Virus record (IMG/VR): IMGVR_UViG_3300034062_004781
From: an uncultured virus (IMG/VR IMGVR_UViG_3300034062_004781)
Lineage: Duplodnaviria; Heunggongvirae; Uroviricota; Caudoviricetes
Reading direction: 5' to 3' (one strand)
DNA: 64,000 nt
Shown here: positions 1 to 7,946 of the stretch, in pieces
Numbering within the stretch: the first letter of the stretch is position 1
Layout of the letters: each line of letters opens with the position of its first letter
Translations under genes and position numbers: made by a program
Notes under the pieces: generated by a model
The model's input: only the letters and a program-made list of their open reading frames with translations
Database searches by the model: none
Told to the model about the DNA's origin: nothing

Positions 1-93
1 CACGAACGCGACCGGATCGTTCTTCACCTGCGCCGACCATAGGGTCGCCATCAGCTTCTGTTCTTCGTCCGCTGAGTAGATCGGCACTTGCAT
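1..93 (-). CDS. Terminase large subunit, N-terminal fragment (second phage; runs off window)
   Basis: Manual translation from ATG at 93: MQVPIYSADEEQKLMATLWSAQVKNDPVAFV; resembles N-termini of aquatic phage TerL proteins as I recall them; directly follows a terS-like ORF. Confidence 0.65.
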   Translation of the reverse strand, partial: MQVPIYSADEEQKLMATLWSAQVKNDPVAFV

Positions 94-484
94 CTAATAC
101 TTGTCCTTCTATGACGCGCTGCTGCGCTTCTTCTAGCGCCGCTATGATGGATATGCGCTGCTCGACCTGCACCTGCACCGACTGTGGCGCTGTCCACTTA
201 TGCACGTGTTTGAGAATGTCCAGCGCCGCCTTAGTGTCACCTTCGCGGGCGGCCTTGTGCAGCACTTCGGACATTTCCGCCTCGCCCTCTGCGCGGCCTT
301 TCTGTTCGGCATACTCCGCGATGGGGTCGAACTGCACCAACCGCCGGTATTCGGTCGGCGTCATGCCAGCGGCGTAGGCGAGCGTGTCGCCTTTCAGCCC
401 TTTGCGGGCGGCGAGATAGATGCGCTCAAGCACTGCTTCGGTAGCTTCGATCTTGCGCGGTTCATAAGGTAGGCTTTCGAACAT
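2..484 (-). CDS. Putative terminase small subunit (no stop inside window, so absent from ORF track)
   Basis: Manual translation MFESLPYEPRKIEATEAVLERIYLAARKGLKGDTLAYAAGMTPTEYRRLVQFDP...KAALDILKHVHKWTAPQSVQVQVEQRISIIAALEEAQQRV; HTH-like N-terminus, upstream of and overlapping terL. Confidence 0.65.
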   Translation of the reverse strand, partial: MFESLPYEPRKIEATEAVLERIYLAARKGLKGDTLAYAAGMTPTEYRRLVQFDPIAEYAEQKGRAEGEAEMSEVLHKAAREGDTKAALDILKHVHKWTAPQSVQVQVEQRISIIAALEEAQQRVIEGQVLDASADLLSGRRTEADGDPMVGAGEERSGRVR

Positions 485-637
485 AATAAAACTTTTAGCA
501 TGAAAAAATAAAAAATAAAAATTGTTCTTAATGCCTACGTATTTCTTAAAGGAGATCCCTCGGCCCAGCCCCCCTCCCGTTTACAATCCCATAGCATCAT
601 GAATGTAGACTTAAAGCATTACGTTAAGTTGACATAC

Positions 638-931
638 ATAGTCATATAGTCATCGAGATCAGAGGTTGCTGCGAGCTGTCATCACAGGGCGACCTGGCAT
701 GTCATCACAGGGCGACCTGGCGTCGTGTGCAGCGCTGCGAGACGAGGCCCTTATAGTCATATAGTCGAATAGTCATACAAACTTACATCGCCCTAACCCT
801 TTACCTATTATGTATACATTTACACTTTTGATAACAGTAGTAAACCAATATGACTATACGACTATTCCCTTGCCGCGCCTCGCCTCCAGCCCCACGTCGT
901 CTCGACTATTTTCTAACTATCGCGCAACTAT
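638..931. repeat. Non-coding repeat cluster: ATAGTC x5, inverted (G/A)ACTAT x5, and a 22-bp tandem repeat
   Basis: ATAGTC at 638, 646, 753, 761, 769; GACTAT at 852, 860, 904; AACTAT at 915, 926; TGTCATCACAGGGCGACCTGGC at 677-698 and 700-721. Confidence 0.85.
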
Positions 932-955
932 TTTCGCTTTTTCGTAAAAAACTTC

Positions 956-984
956 TTGACGATATCCACAATCGGCCTATAAAT
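956..984 (+). promoter_or_regulatory. Sigma70-like promoter of the rightward early genes
   Basis: TTGACG-N16-TATAAA with an upstream A-tract; RBS AGGGAG and ATG 1015 downstream. Confidence 0.55.
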
Positions 985-1014
985 AACATATCCACACTGT
1001 AGGGAGCCAAGACA

Positions 1015-1287
1015 ATGCCAAGAATGGATAAACTCTCAAACTATCGCACAACATGGGACAACAACGGCGTGACATACGTGTCAACCCGCATTGTGTCATA
1101 GGATGAAAATATGGTCACATTAAACAGCGGCGGTTGGCAAACCGTGACAACCAAGCGCAAGATGAACCAAGCGGCCACGCAATTCGGACTTGGCTTTGGT
1201 GTCTATCAGCGCAAGGGCGACTGGTTTGTGCGCCTAAAAGACGGCAACGAATCACCGTTTTTCGATGGAATCAGAGTACCGCGATAA
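1015..1287 (+). pseudogene. Small phage early gene interrupted by an in-frame TAG
   Basis: MPRMDKLSNYRTTWDNNGVTYVSTRIVS*DENMVTLNSGGWQTVTTKRKMNQAATQFGLGFGVYQRKGDWFV...; TAG at 1099-1101, good RBS, frame open on both sides. Confidence 0.65.
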
Positions 1288-1352
1288 CTAACAGGCGGCG
1301 CTAGACAATGGCGTCGCCTTTATTGTAACGTATCCACATAGGAGCAAACGAC

Positions 1353-1901
1353 ATGACAACCTTAAAAGAAGTAATGACCGAACAATGGAACAAACCCGGC
1401 GTGCATCATGCCGGCCATCTAGTCGCGTGGGAAGCTAACGCGCTATCGCATAGCATCGTTGGCCGGGCGGGAACGGCGCGCAATCCGCAACCCGATAAAG
1501 AGACTAAGAAGCGCCGCGCCCGACTGGCAATGTATAACGAAAAGTTGCGCCCGATTATTTTGGCTGAAGCAACGGCGACGCCGCGCAACGTGGAAGTGGC
1601 GATAGTCGACGGATACGGCCGCCCGGTGAAGAACGGCAACAAAGTGCAGACCGAAGTTAAAATGCTCAATGATTACCGCTGGCCCAAAGCAGACAAAGCC
1701 GAACCTGTCGCCGCAATACCGCGCAAGCGCGTGCCCAAAGCAAAGCTCGAACAGGCCGCCGCTATCATAGCCAAAGTGCCGCCCGACGAGCTGGCGACGT
1801 TCTTAGCCAAGTTTGGCTTGTCACTGTCGCTCGCCGCGTCCATCGCATCGCTGGACAACGCCGAAATGATCGCGCGTCAATTCTTGAGGGCAACGCTATG
1901 A
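1353..1901 (+). CDS. Hypothetical phage protein
   Basis: 182-aa ORF with RBS AGGAG; translationally coupled to the next ORF. Confidence 0.75.
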   Translation: MTTLKEVMTEQWNKPGVHHAGHLVAWEANALSHSIVGRAGTARNPQPDKETKKRRARLAMYNEKLRPIILAEATATPRNVEVAIVDGYGRPVKNGNKVQTEVKMLNDYRWPKADKAEPVAAIPRKRVPKAKLEQAAAIIAKVPPDELATFLAKFGLSLSLAASIASLDNAEMIARQFLRATL

Positions 1902-2059
1902 TCGAATTGACCATTGAAATCGACCAGCTTGAAGCGCTGTTAGATCATCTTGCCAAGCAAGACCGCACGCCGCTGCTGGACGTGGCCTATAAGACCCTAC
2001 AGGACGCGCACACTAACGCGGCGGAAGAATACTGGACAGACAAATGGAGCGGACTCTAA
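1898..2059 (+). CDS. Small hypothetical protein
   Basis: MIELTIEIDQLEALLDHLAKQ...WSGL; ATGA and TAATG overlaps with its neighbours. Confidence 0.6.
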   Translation: MIELTIEIDQLEALLDHLAKQDRTPLLDVAYKTLQDAHTNAAEEYWTDKWSGL

Positions 2060-2349
2060 TGGCATATATTACATATGAGCTAGACGAATATCAGCCGTGG
2101 CCGGGGCTCGCGCTTTATTGCTACGGCGAGGCGACCATAACCTACCAGTGGGAGGGCCGCGACCGCGACACGGGCGACGATGGCGGCCCATACGATATAG
2201 AGCTGGAGCACCTCACAATAAGCGCCGACAAGGCTAAAGAGCCTGACCGCTGCATAGAACAGACTGACCCGCTCTTTAGACAGGTCGAGGCCATCCTATG
2301 CGCCAGCCGAGACGTGTATGAGGCGTGCCGTGATGATTACCAAAGCTGA
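2059..2349 (+). CDS. Hypothetical acidic phage protein
   Basis: Start moved to MAYITYE (TAATG coupling). Confidence 0.65.
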   Translation: MAYITYELDEYQPWPGLALYCYGEATITYQWEGRDRDTGDDGGPYDIELEHLTISADKAKEPDRCIEQTDPLFRQVEAILCASRDVYEACRDDYQS

Positions 2350-2569
2350 CTTGATCGCCTTTGCAATAGGGGCGGCGCTTGCAATTCCGCTTCTGTTCTT
2401 CTTCTTAACCTACATCCTGGGGGGCCTATAATGAGCCGCATGAAGGACTATTTTGAGTTTAGCCAGCTATTGCACTGGCTGTCCGACGAGGCGCTTAACA
2501 TCCTGCTAGAGACAGAACAGGACGATTACCGCGCCAAGATCATAATAAACGAGCTGGAGAAGCGCGGTC

Positions 2570-2827
2570 ATGCTCCGTCTTGATCTTGATACCAAACCCG
2601 GCGGCCTGACGGCGCGCTGGCGGGTAGGTAAGGGGCTGTCGCTGCATCGGCGCGACGGCTCCCTAATCCTAACCATTAACGCGCCCTACGCCGACGAGCG
2701 GGCGCTTGTGACAGCCGCGCACGCGCTCAATTTTATGTTCCGAGGTCAACATGGTTCTAACGCCCTATCACCTAGCCCTAGCCCGACAAATAAAACAGAT
2801 AACGCAGGAGACGGCCGAGAAGCATAA
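2570..2827 (+). CDS. Hypothetical protein
   Basis: 85-aa ORF in the tightly packed early run. Confidence 0.5.
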   Translation: MLRLDLDTKPGGLTARWRVGKGLSLHRRDGSLILTINAPYADERALVTAAHALNFMFRGQHGSNALSPSPSPTNKTDNAGDGREA

Positions 2828-3008
2828 CATCTCCACCGAATATCTTTTAGGCCATAACCGCCGCGCTGGCGTGGCTTGGGCGCGGTTTGAGATCATGTGG
2901 CGAGCCCGGCACGAGCTAAACGCGCCCTATCAACTAATCGGGCACGTGCTAGGCGGGCGCGACCATACGACCATCATGCACGGGATCAAACGATATGAAA
3001 ATCGGTGA
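2751..3008 (+). CDS. Stand-alone DnaA domain IV (Bac_DnaA_C-like) HTH protein
   Basis: IGHVLGGRDHTTIMHG matches the DnaA C-terminal signature. Confidence 0.85.
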   Translation: MVLTPYHLALARQIKQITQETAEKHNISTEYLLGHNRRAGVAWARFEIMWRARHELNAPYQLIGHVLGGRDHTTIMHGIKRYENR

Positions 3009-3097
3009 AGCGATGGCAATCTTGCTGGCGGTAATAATCGAAATAGTGTTGGGGCTGAAATGAGCGAAATCATAAAGTTCCCCGGAAAAACTTATGC

Positions 3098-3128
3098 GCT
3101 TGACTTATCAAGCATTTCGGCCCATAAC
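3098..3128 (+). promoter_or_regulatory. Promoter with overlapping palindromic operator upstream of the XRE gene
   Basis: TTGACT(3100)-N17-CATAAC; GCTTGA-N4-TCAAGC (3098-3113) overlaps the -35. Confidence 0.55.
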
Positions 3129-3175
3129 TATTCGGTCGGACTCTGCGTCCGGCAGGCACAATCAGAGGAGCATCG

Positions 3176-3556
3176 ATGCCCGATGACAAACCCATGGAGA
3201 CGCATGCCAACCCTTCACTCGGACCGTTTCTGAAGAAGGCCCGCCAGGACATGCGGATGTCGCTGCGCGAGGTTGAAGAAGCCACGGGTAAGGAGATCTC
3301 GAACGCGTATCTGAGCCAGTTGGAGAGCGGCAAGGTTACGAAACCGTCGCCGCATGTGCTGTACGCGCTATCGACCGCCTTGGGCGTCGCCTACGAAACG
3401 CTGATGGAGCGCGCGGGGTACATCGTGCCCGCGTCGAGCCGTGTCGACGGTGAAAAGCACGGTAGAGCCGCGACCTTCTCGATCGACAATCTCAGTGCCG
3501 AAGAAGAGACTGAACTGCTCGACTATCTCACCTATATCCGCTCCAAACGGAAATAA
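3176..3556 (+). CDS. XRE-family HTH transcriptional regulator (type usually paired with an ImmA/IrrE peptidase; CapH-like)
   Basis: LGPFLKKARQDMRMSLREVEEATGKEISNAYLSQLESGKVTKPSPHVLYALS; RBS GAGGAG. Confidence 0.85.
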   Translation: MPDDKPMETHANPSLGPFLKKARQDMRMSLREVEEATGKEISNAYLSQLESGKVTKPSPHVLYALSTALGVAYETLMERAGYIVPASSRVDGEKHGRAATFSIDNLSAEEETELLDYLTYIRSKRK

Positions 3557-3558
3557 TC

Positions 3559-3717
3559 ATGCGCAGGCCGGACGATTGCAGTTTGACGCCCGGCCAGCGA
3601 CTTCGAGTCCGCAAGGAAGCAGAGCGTGCGGAAGCCGAGAACGAAGAACTGAAAAAGGCAATTTCTAAACCGTGGATGGGTTCTGCCCGCGCCGCTTATC
3701 TGGGAGAGAAGGAATGA
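3559..3717 (+). pseudogene. Apparent chimeric ORF: ImmA/IrrE-like N-terminus fused to a phage C-terminal ARAAYLG tail
   Basis: MRRPDDCSLTPGQRLRVRKEAERA|EAENEELKKAISKPWMGSARAAYLGEKE; no HExxH motif present. Confidence 0.5.
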
Positions 3718-4135
3718 CTGACTACACTAACACCTATCCCGACCTTGTGAACGTCGAGGACTGGCTAAACGCCAAGGGCTACACGGGTGAAGCCGGTGCC
3801 TGTCATCAGGCGATGAGTTTAATCCGTAGCCAAGAGAAGCGTATCGCGGAGCTTGAAGCGGAAGTTGCTTGCAGCATTGTGAGCGGGAACGACGCGCACG
3901 AACGGGCGCTTGGGTATGTGTATGAGTTAAATGATGCTGCGGAGATGCTGGCGAACCAAGCGCGGACGCTTAAAGAGTGGCACGAGCGTATTGTGGAACT
4001 GAAATCGGCGCTGAAACCGTTTGTTGATGAAGCGCAATTCTACCACCCCATGTTTAAAGACGAAGAACTCGCGGCTGAAAACACATTCGATTTTACGATT
4101 GGCGACCTCCGCGCCGCCCGCGCCGCTTATCTGGG
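3685..4135 (+). repeat. 20-bp direct repeat GCCCGCGCCGCTTATCTGGG (3685-3704; 4116-4135)
   Basis: Exact copies at the 3' ends of two adjacent ORFs, both encoding ARAAYLG. Confidence 0.85.
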
Positions 4136-4160
4136 GACAAAAGATGCCCAGCAGCCCTGA
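3714..4160 (+). CDS. Coiled-coil hypothetical phage protein
   Basis: Start MTDYTNT (ATGA overlap); RIAELEAE / LKSALKPF...TIGDLRAARAAYLG. Confidence 0.7.
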   Translation: MTDYTNTYPDLVNVEDWLNAKGYTGEAGACHQAMSLIRSQEKRIAELEAEVACSIVSGNDAHERALGYVYELNDAAEMLANQARTLKEWHERIVELKSALKPFVDEAQFYHPMFKDEELAAENTFDFTIGDLRAARAAYLGTKDAQQP

Positions 4161-4374
4161 AAAGCGCAAAGAACAGCGACGCCTTAGAAACGAGGCTCGC
4201 AAGAAGCGCATGGCTGAGGATCCTGAATATGCCGCGCAGCAGAAAGCAATCGATAAGCGCGCCAAAGAAAACTATGAGCGCAAGAAGAGATTTGCTCGCG
4301 AGAATAGCGGCCCGGTAGGAACAGGTAAGCCCGGAAGAATTGTCGCATTGTGTGGATGGCTTGGATGGGGATGA
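4144..4374 (+). CDS. Small basic hypothetical protein
   Basis: MPSSPEKRKEQRR...GWLGWG, coupled to its neighbours. Confidence 0.55.
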   Translation: MPSSPEKRKEQRRLRNEARKKRMAEDPEYAAQQKAIDKRAKENYERKKRFARENSGPVGTGKPGRIVALCGWLGWG

Positions 4375-4883
4375 AAATGGATAAAATAGGAACAATTCTT
4401 ACTCAAGAATATCTTAAATCTATTTTGGATTATGATTCAGTAACAGGTATATTTACATGGAAGATTCGCAAAGCAAATTGGATAAACGTAGGAGATAAAG
4501 CTGGGAGACCAGATAAAGATGGATATTTGCGCATATGCATAGATGGTAATGAATATAAATCTCATAGGCTTGCTTATTTTTATATATACGGAGAATGCCC
4601 AAAATATATTGATCATATAAATCTTTGCAAAGATGATAACAAAATTTCAAATTTGCGAATAACAACTATATCTGAAAATTTACACAACAAAACAAAAACA
4701 TCAAGAAATACGTCTGGGTATAAAGGAGTAAATTATCACAAGCCTTCTCAAAAATGGAGGGCAACAATAACCAAGGACAAAATAAATTATTATTTGGGAT
4801 ATTTTGATACCCCAGAAGAAGCTTCAAATGCTTACAAGAATGCAGCACTTAACTTATATGGTAACTACGCGAGGGCATCATGA
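4371..4883 (+). CDS. HNH homing endonuclease with AP2-like C-terminal domain
   Basis: HRLAY...IDHINLCKDDNKISNLR; NTSGYKGV...YLGYFDTPEEA; AT-rich insert. Confidence 0.9.
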   Translation: MKMDKIGTILTQEYLKSILDYDSVTGIFTWKIRKANWINVGDKAGRPDKDGYLRICIDGNEYKSHRLAYFYIYGECPKYIDHINLCKDDNKISNLRITTISENLHNKTKTSRNTSGYKGVNYHKPSQKWRATITKDKINYYLGYFDTPEEASNAYKNAALNLYGNYARAS

Positions 4884-5503
4884 CTAAGATCTTCATGCCG
4901 GCCTACTGGCCGATGTTCAATACAAGCGAGCTGCGCCGCTTCGACTATACAGCCGTTGATGATTCAATGCCGCCAATCACAGCCGTCTTTGCATATGACA
5001 AAGGCACCGACAGCATGTTGTATATCGACTATGACGCGCATTTAAATTGGAAAGATACTTGGTATTATCGATACAATAAAGGATCTGGCATCAACGAATG
5101 GCGCGATGATTATCCCGGCAAAAAGGTTGTCATGTCACCGCCAATTGGCTGGGGAGAATATCTCGACGTCGGGCAGGATTTTATCTGCTACCCGAAAATG
5201 AATCCGCTGCAGTCATGGCCGCCGGCGATGGCGAATGGCGTTCAGATTGTGCACGTCGAAAAGCTTCTCGATCAATTTCGAGTTCAGACCGGCGTCATGT
5301 ATCAGAACGTGATCCAGTTCACTTATCTGCAGGCATGGGACGGCAAGCCCGGAAGCGGCGCGCGTTACTGGATGGCTTGCGGCGTCGGCCCCATCGCCGT
5401 GCAGTGGATCGCGCAAGACCCTACAAATCCTTATTCCCGTCCCATCATTGAGACAGCCCGCATGGATGCTGTTGTCACAACCGTGAATGCGTTGACGTCA
5501 TGA
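4880..5503 (+). CDS. Hypothetical protein
   Basis: 207-aa aromatic-rich ORF, coupled on both sides. Confidence 0.75.
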   Translation: MTKIFMPAYWPMFNTSELRRFDYTAVDDSMPPITAVFAYDKGTDSMLYIDYDAHLNWKDTWYYRYNKGSGINEWRDDYPGKKVVMSPPIGWGEYLDVGQDFICYPKMNPLQSWPPAMANGVQIVHVEKLLDQFRVQTGVMYQNVIQFTYLQAWDGKPGSGARYWMACGVGPIAVQWIAQDPTNPYSRPIIETARMDAVVTTVNALTS

Positions 5504-5913
5504 GGTATCTTCCTCTCTTTCTCTTGCTCGCCGGCTGCTCCTATCAGCTCCCCGGCGTTGGCGGCGAATCCTGCACAGCCGCGCATGGTGGAGATCCGCG
5601 CCGCTGCTGGACAGCATTGCACCTCGACAAGCCGCGTCCCGCAACTGGCGCGAGCTATCACAGCGCCGGCACAATGAGCCTCGCGCATGCCACCTGCATC
5701 AAGCCGAATAGCCAATGGTGGTTTCATGGCGCGCATCATCCTGTGACGAAGCAGATAAGCGATTATGGAAACACAGAGCTGCGCTCGGCCTATTACATGC
5801 GTTATCCGCAAGTCGCGAAATATCTCGACGACCGTCGCGCGCTTGAAACAACGCGATGGACGAAGCTGTCAGGATCGGATCTCAACAAGCTTGGCGTCCC
5901 TCTCTGCAATTAA
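5500..5913 (+). CDS. Putative lipoprotein
   Basis: MRYLPLFLLLAGC lipobox. Confidence 0.65.
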   Translation: MRYLPLFLLLAGCSYQLPGVGGESCTAAHGGDPRRCWTALHLDKPRPATGASYHSAGTMSLAHATCIKPNSQWWFHGAHHPVTKQISDYGNTELRSAYYMRYPQVAKYLDDRRALETTRWTKLSGSDLNKLGVPLCN

Positions 5914-5924
5914 GGAATATTGAT

Positions 5925-6359
5925 ATGAGTAAAGTTGTTCGTCAGATGACAGAAGAGAAGCGCGCCGAAATTCTTAGGCTTTGGAATCTTGGATATAGCA
6001 GCTCAAAGATTGCCGCAGAGATCGGATTGTCGCGCAATTCAGTTATTGGCGCTGTTCATCGTATGCGGCAAGCCGGAATTGAAATAATCAATAAAGAAAG
6101 ACCAAAATCCAAAAAGGCCGTGATACCAAAGGTAAAAACGCCCAAGCTGCCAAAAAAAGATCCACTCTACGATAACCCGGTCGACATATTAGGTCTGCGC
6201 AGAAGCTCATGCAGATTCATTGTCGAAGAAGGATCAACAGAAGCGACGAAATATTGCAATCAGAAGGCGTGGAAGGCTTCATACTGCCAAGATCATTATA
6301 AGATTTGTTACTATAAATCCGCTGTTCCGGCGTCTAAGCTGCGCCTACCAGCTCAATAA
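5925..6359 (+). CDS. gcrA: GcrA-like cell-cycle transcription regulator
   Basis: LRLWNLGYSSSKIAAEIGLSRNSVIGAVHRM HTH plus C-terminal CRF...YC...YCQDH zinc motif; RBS AAGGA. Confidence 0.85.
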   Translation: MSKVVRQMTEEKRAEILRLWNLGYSSSKIAAEIGLSRNSVIGAVHRMRQAGIEIINKERPKSKKAVIPKVKTPKLPKKDPLYDNPVDILGLRRSSCRFIVEEGSTEATKYCNQKAWKASYCQDHYKICYYKSAVPASKLRLPAQ

Positions 6360-6460
6360 GATCGCAGCATCGCGACCAAGTTTAAATGCATATACAACGA
6401 CCGTTGTTATGACGAAAGCGCGCGCCATTGAAACGATAAAGTTCCAATGGTCGGGATGCA

Positions 6461-7111
6461 TCATGACCAAGATATAGATACATAACCGGGAGCGCCGGAA
6501 TTGCCACCGGCGGCATTCCCAGAAAAAGCACACCCCCAAGGTGTCAGACCTGAGTTAGCGCCCCCGTTTCCGCCAGATCCCCCTGATCCAACGGTCACAT
6601 AAATTGAAGAACCAGATACTGGTCCATTGCCGCCCTGAACAGGATTTGTGTAGCTATATGAGGCTGTAGACCCCGGATTGCCGTTAGCTTCGCTATTGGC
6701 ACCCCCACTACCACCACCGGCGCTCCCATATCCGCCATATGATGATGTGCCCCCGCCACCGCCGGCGTTCCATCCTAAAGAACTTGTTCCAAAACAGCCG
6801 CTGCCAAAAGTTCCGGCTTGACCGCCGTCGCCACCGTGGACCGTGACAGTTAAGCTGTTATAAACCGGCACAGTCGCAGAAGTGCTCCCATTATAAGTGA
6901 TGGAACCTCCACTAATCGCGCTTGTTCCATAAAAACCGTCCATAGCAATTGGATTTCCAGACAACGGAAATCTTTGCAAAGATCCTGCCTTGCCATGATA
7001 GACGCCAAAATATGACGCCATGTCGTTACCATAGCCAAATTCGCTATTAACTGACCGGCCAGTCGCGCCATCTGTCCCAAGCTGCAAATAGCCAGAGTTC
7101 GGAAGCGCCAT
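6461..7111 (-). CDS. Glycine-rich tail fibre tip/adhesin-like protein
   Basis: MALPNSG... with GGxGG loops and terminal GYVSISW; follows a fibre gene. Confidence 0.65.
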   Translation of the reverse strand: MALPNSGYLQLGTDGATGRSVNSEFGYGNDMASYFGVYHGKAGSLQRFPLSGNPIAMDGFYGTSAISGGSITYNGSTSATVPVYNSLTVTVHGGDGGQAGTFGSGCFGTSSLGWNAGGGGGTSSYGGYGSAGGGSGGANSEANGNPGSTASYSYTNPVQGGNGPVSGSSIYVTVGSGGSGGNGGANSGLTPWGCAFSGNAAGGNSGAPGYVSISWS

Positions 7112-7112
7112 G

Positions 7113-7937
7113 TTATTTTTCCTCTAATTTTTTAACACGATCAGAGAGTTCGTTAATCGCATTAACAAGAACACCTACAAGGTTCTGATATGCGACTGCA
7201 AGATATTCGCTGCCCTCTGGCTGAACAACAGCCTCTGGGACAACTTTTTGCACGTTTTGCGCGATAAGGCCGACGTATTTATTGCCTTCTATATCTTCGA
7301 ATCGAACGCCTTCAATTTTCCCGCAAAGATCAAGAGCATTTTCAATTTTGTGGATATTGTGCTTTAAGCGCTCATCGGAAAATGCCGTAATGTTGCCAGT
7401 CGCAGTAATTGTTCCCGTAACAGAAAGATTAGGAGTTCCCGCTGTCGGATCGTATGAGAGCTTCGTTACGCTTGAACTTTGAAGAGCTAGAGTTCCGTTG
7501 TTGACAGAAAGATTTCCAGTGATTGTTCCACCAGTAACATTGAATTTCTGATCAACAGCTTCATAGCATTCCGTTCCATTGCTGAATACAATGGTGGTGT
7601 AGCCATTTTTGACGCTGACATTATTTGATCCAGTAGACACTTTAAAATTGATATTGTATCCGCCGGTTGTATTGTTCGAAACAATCCAAAAACCGCCATA
7701 CGTTGCTGGAACAGTTGCTGTTCCCGTAGCGCTTAATGAACCGCCAAGATTTAAGCGCATATTCTGGATATCAGTCGAAGTAAGCGCGTATGTGTTTGTC
7801 GATGTCTGAGCTGGTGTCAGCGTCGTGCCAAGGCACTGATCAATAATTGTCGTGCTGTTATTGAGAGGCGTATTCCAGTTCTGATCGTTATAATCAGGAC
7901 GGTTTAGCTGCTTATTTGTTGTCGGGTTATTAGCCAT
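7113..7937 (-). CDS. Tail fibre protein with C-terminal intramolecular chaperone (peptidase S74-like)
   Basis: FSDERLKHNI...GLIAQNVQKVVPEAV...AVAYQNLVGVLVNAINEL. Confidence 0.85.
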   Translation of the reverse strand: MANNPTTNKQLNRPDYNDQNWNTPLNNSTTIIDQCLGTTLTPAQTSTNTYALTSTDIQNMRLNLGGSLSATGTATVPATYGGFWIVSNNTTGGYNINFKVSTGSNNVSVKNGYTTIVFSNGTECYEAVDQKFNVTGGTITGNLSVNNGTLALQSSSVTKLSYDPTAGTPNLSVTGTITATGNITAFSDERLKHNIHKIENALDLCGKIEGVRFEDIEGNKYVGLIAQNVQKVVPEAVVQPEGSEYLAVAYQNLVGVLVNAINELSDRVKKLEEK

Positions 7938-7946
7938 CTTCGCCTC

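Noticed and set aside
111..472. Plus-strand ORFs 111-377 and 200-472
   Set aside because: Antisense to the terS-like frame that the ORF track missed
677..721. 22-bp repeat as a CRISPR mini-array
   Set aside because: Only two copies separated by 1 nt; no spacers and no cas genes
1099..1101. Genome-wide TAG recoding
   Set aside because: Long genes are intact in the standard code, TAG ends genes normally (e.g. 52011, 58271), and no suppressor tRNA was seen
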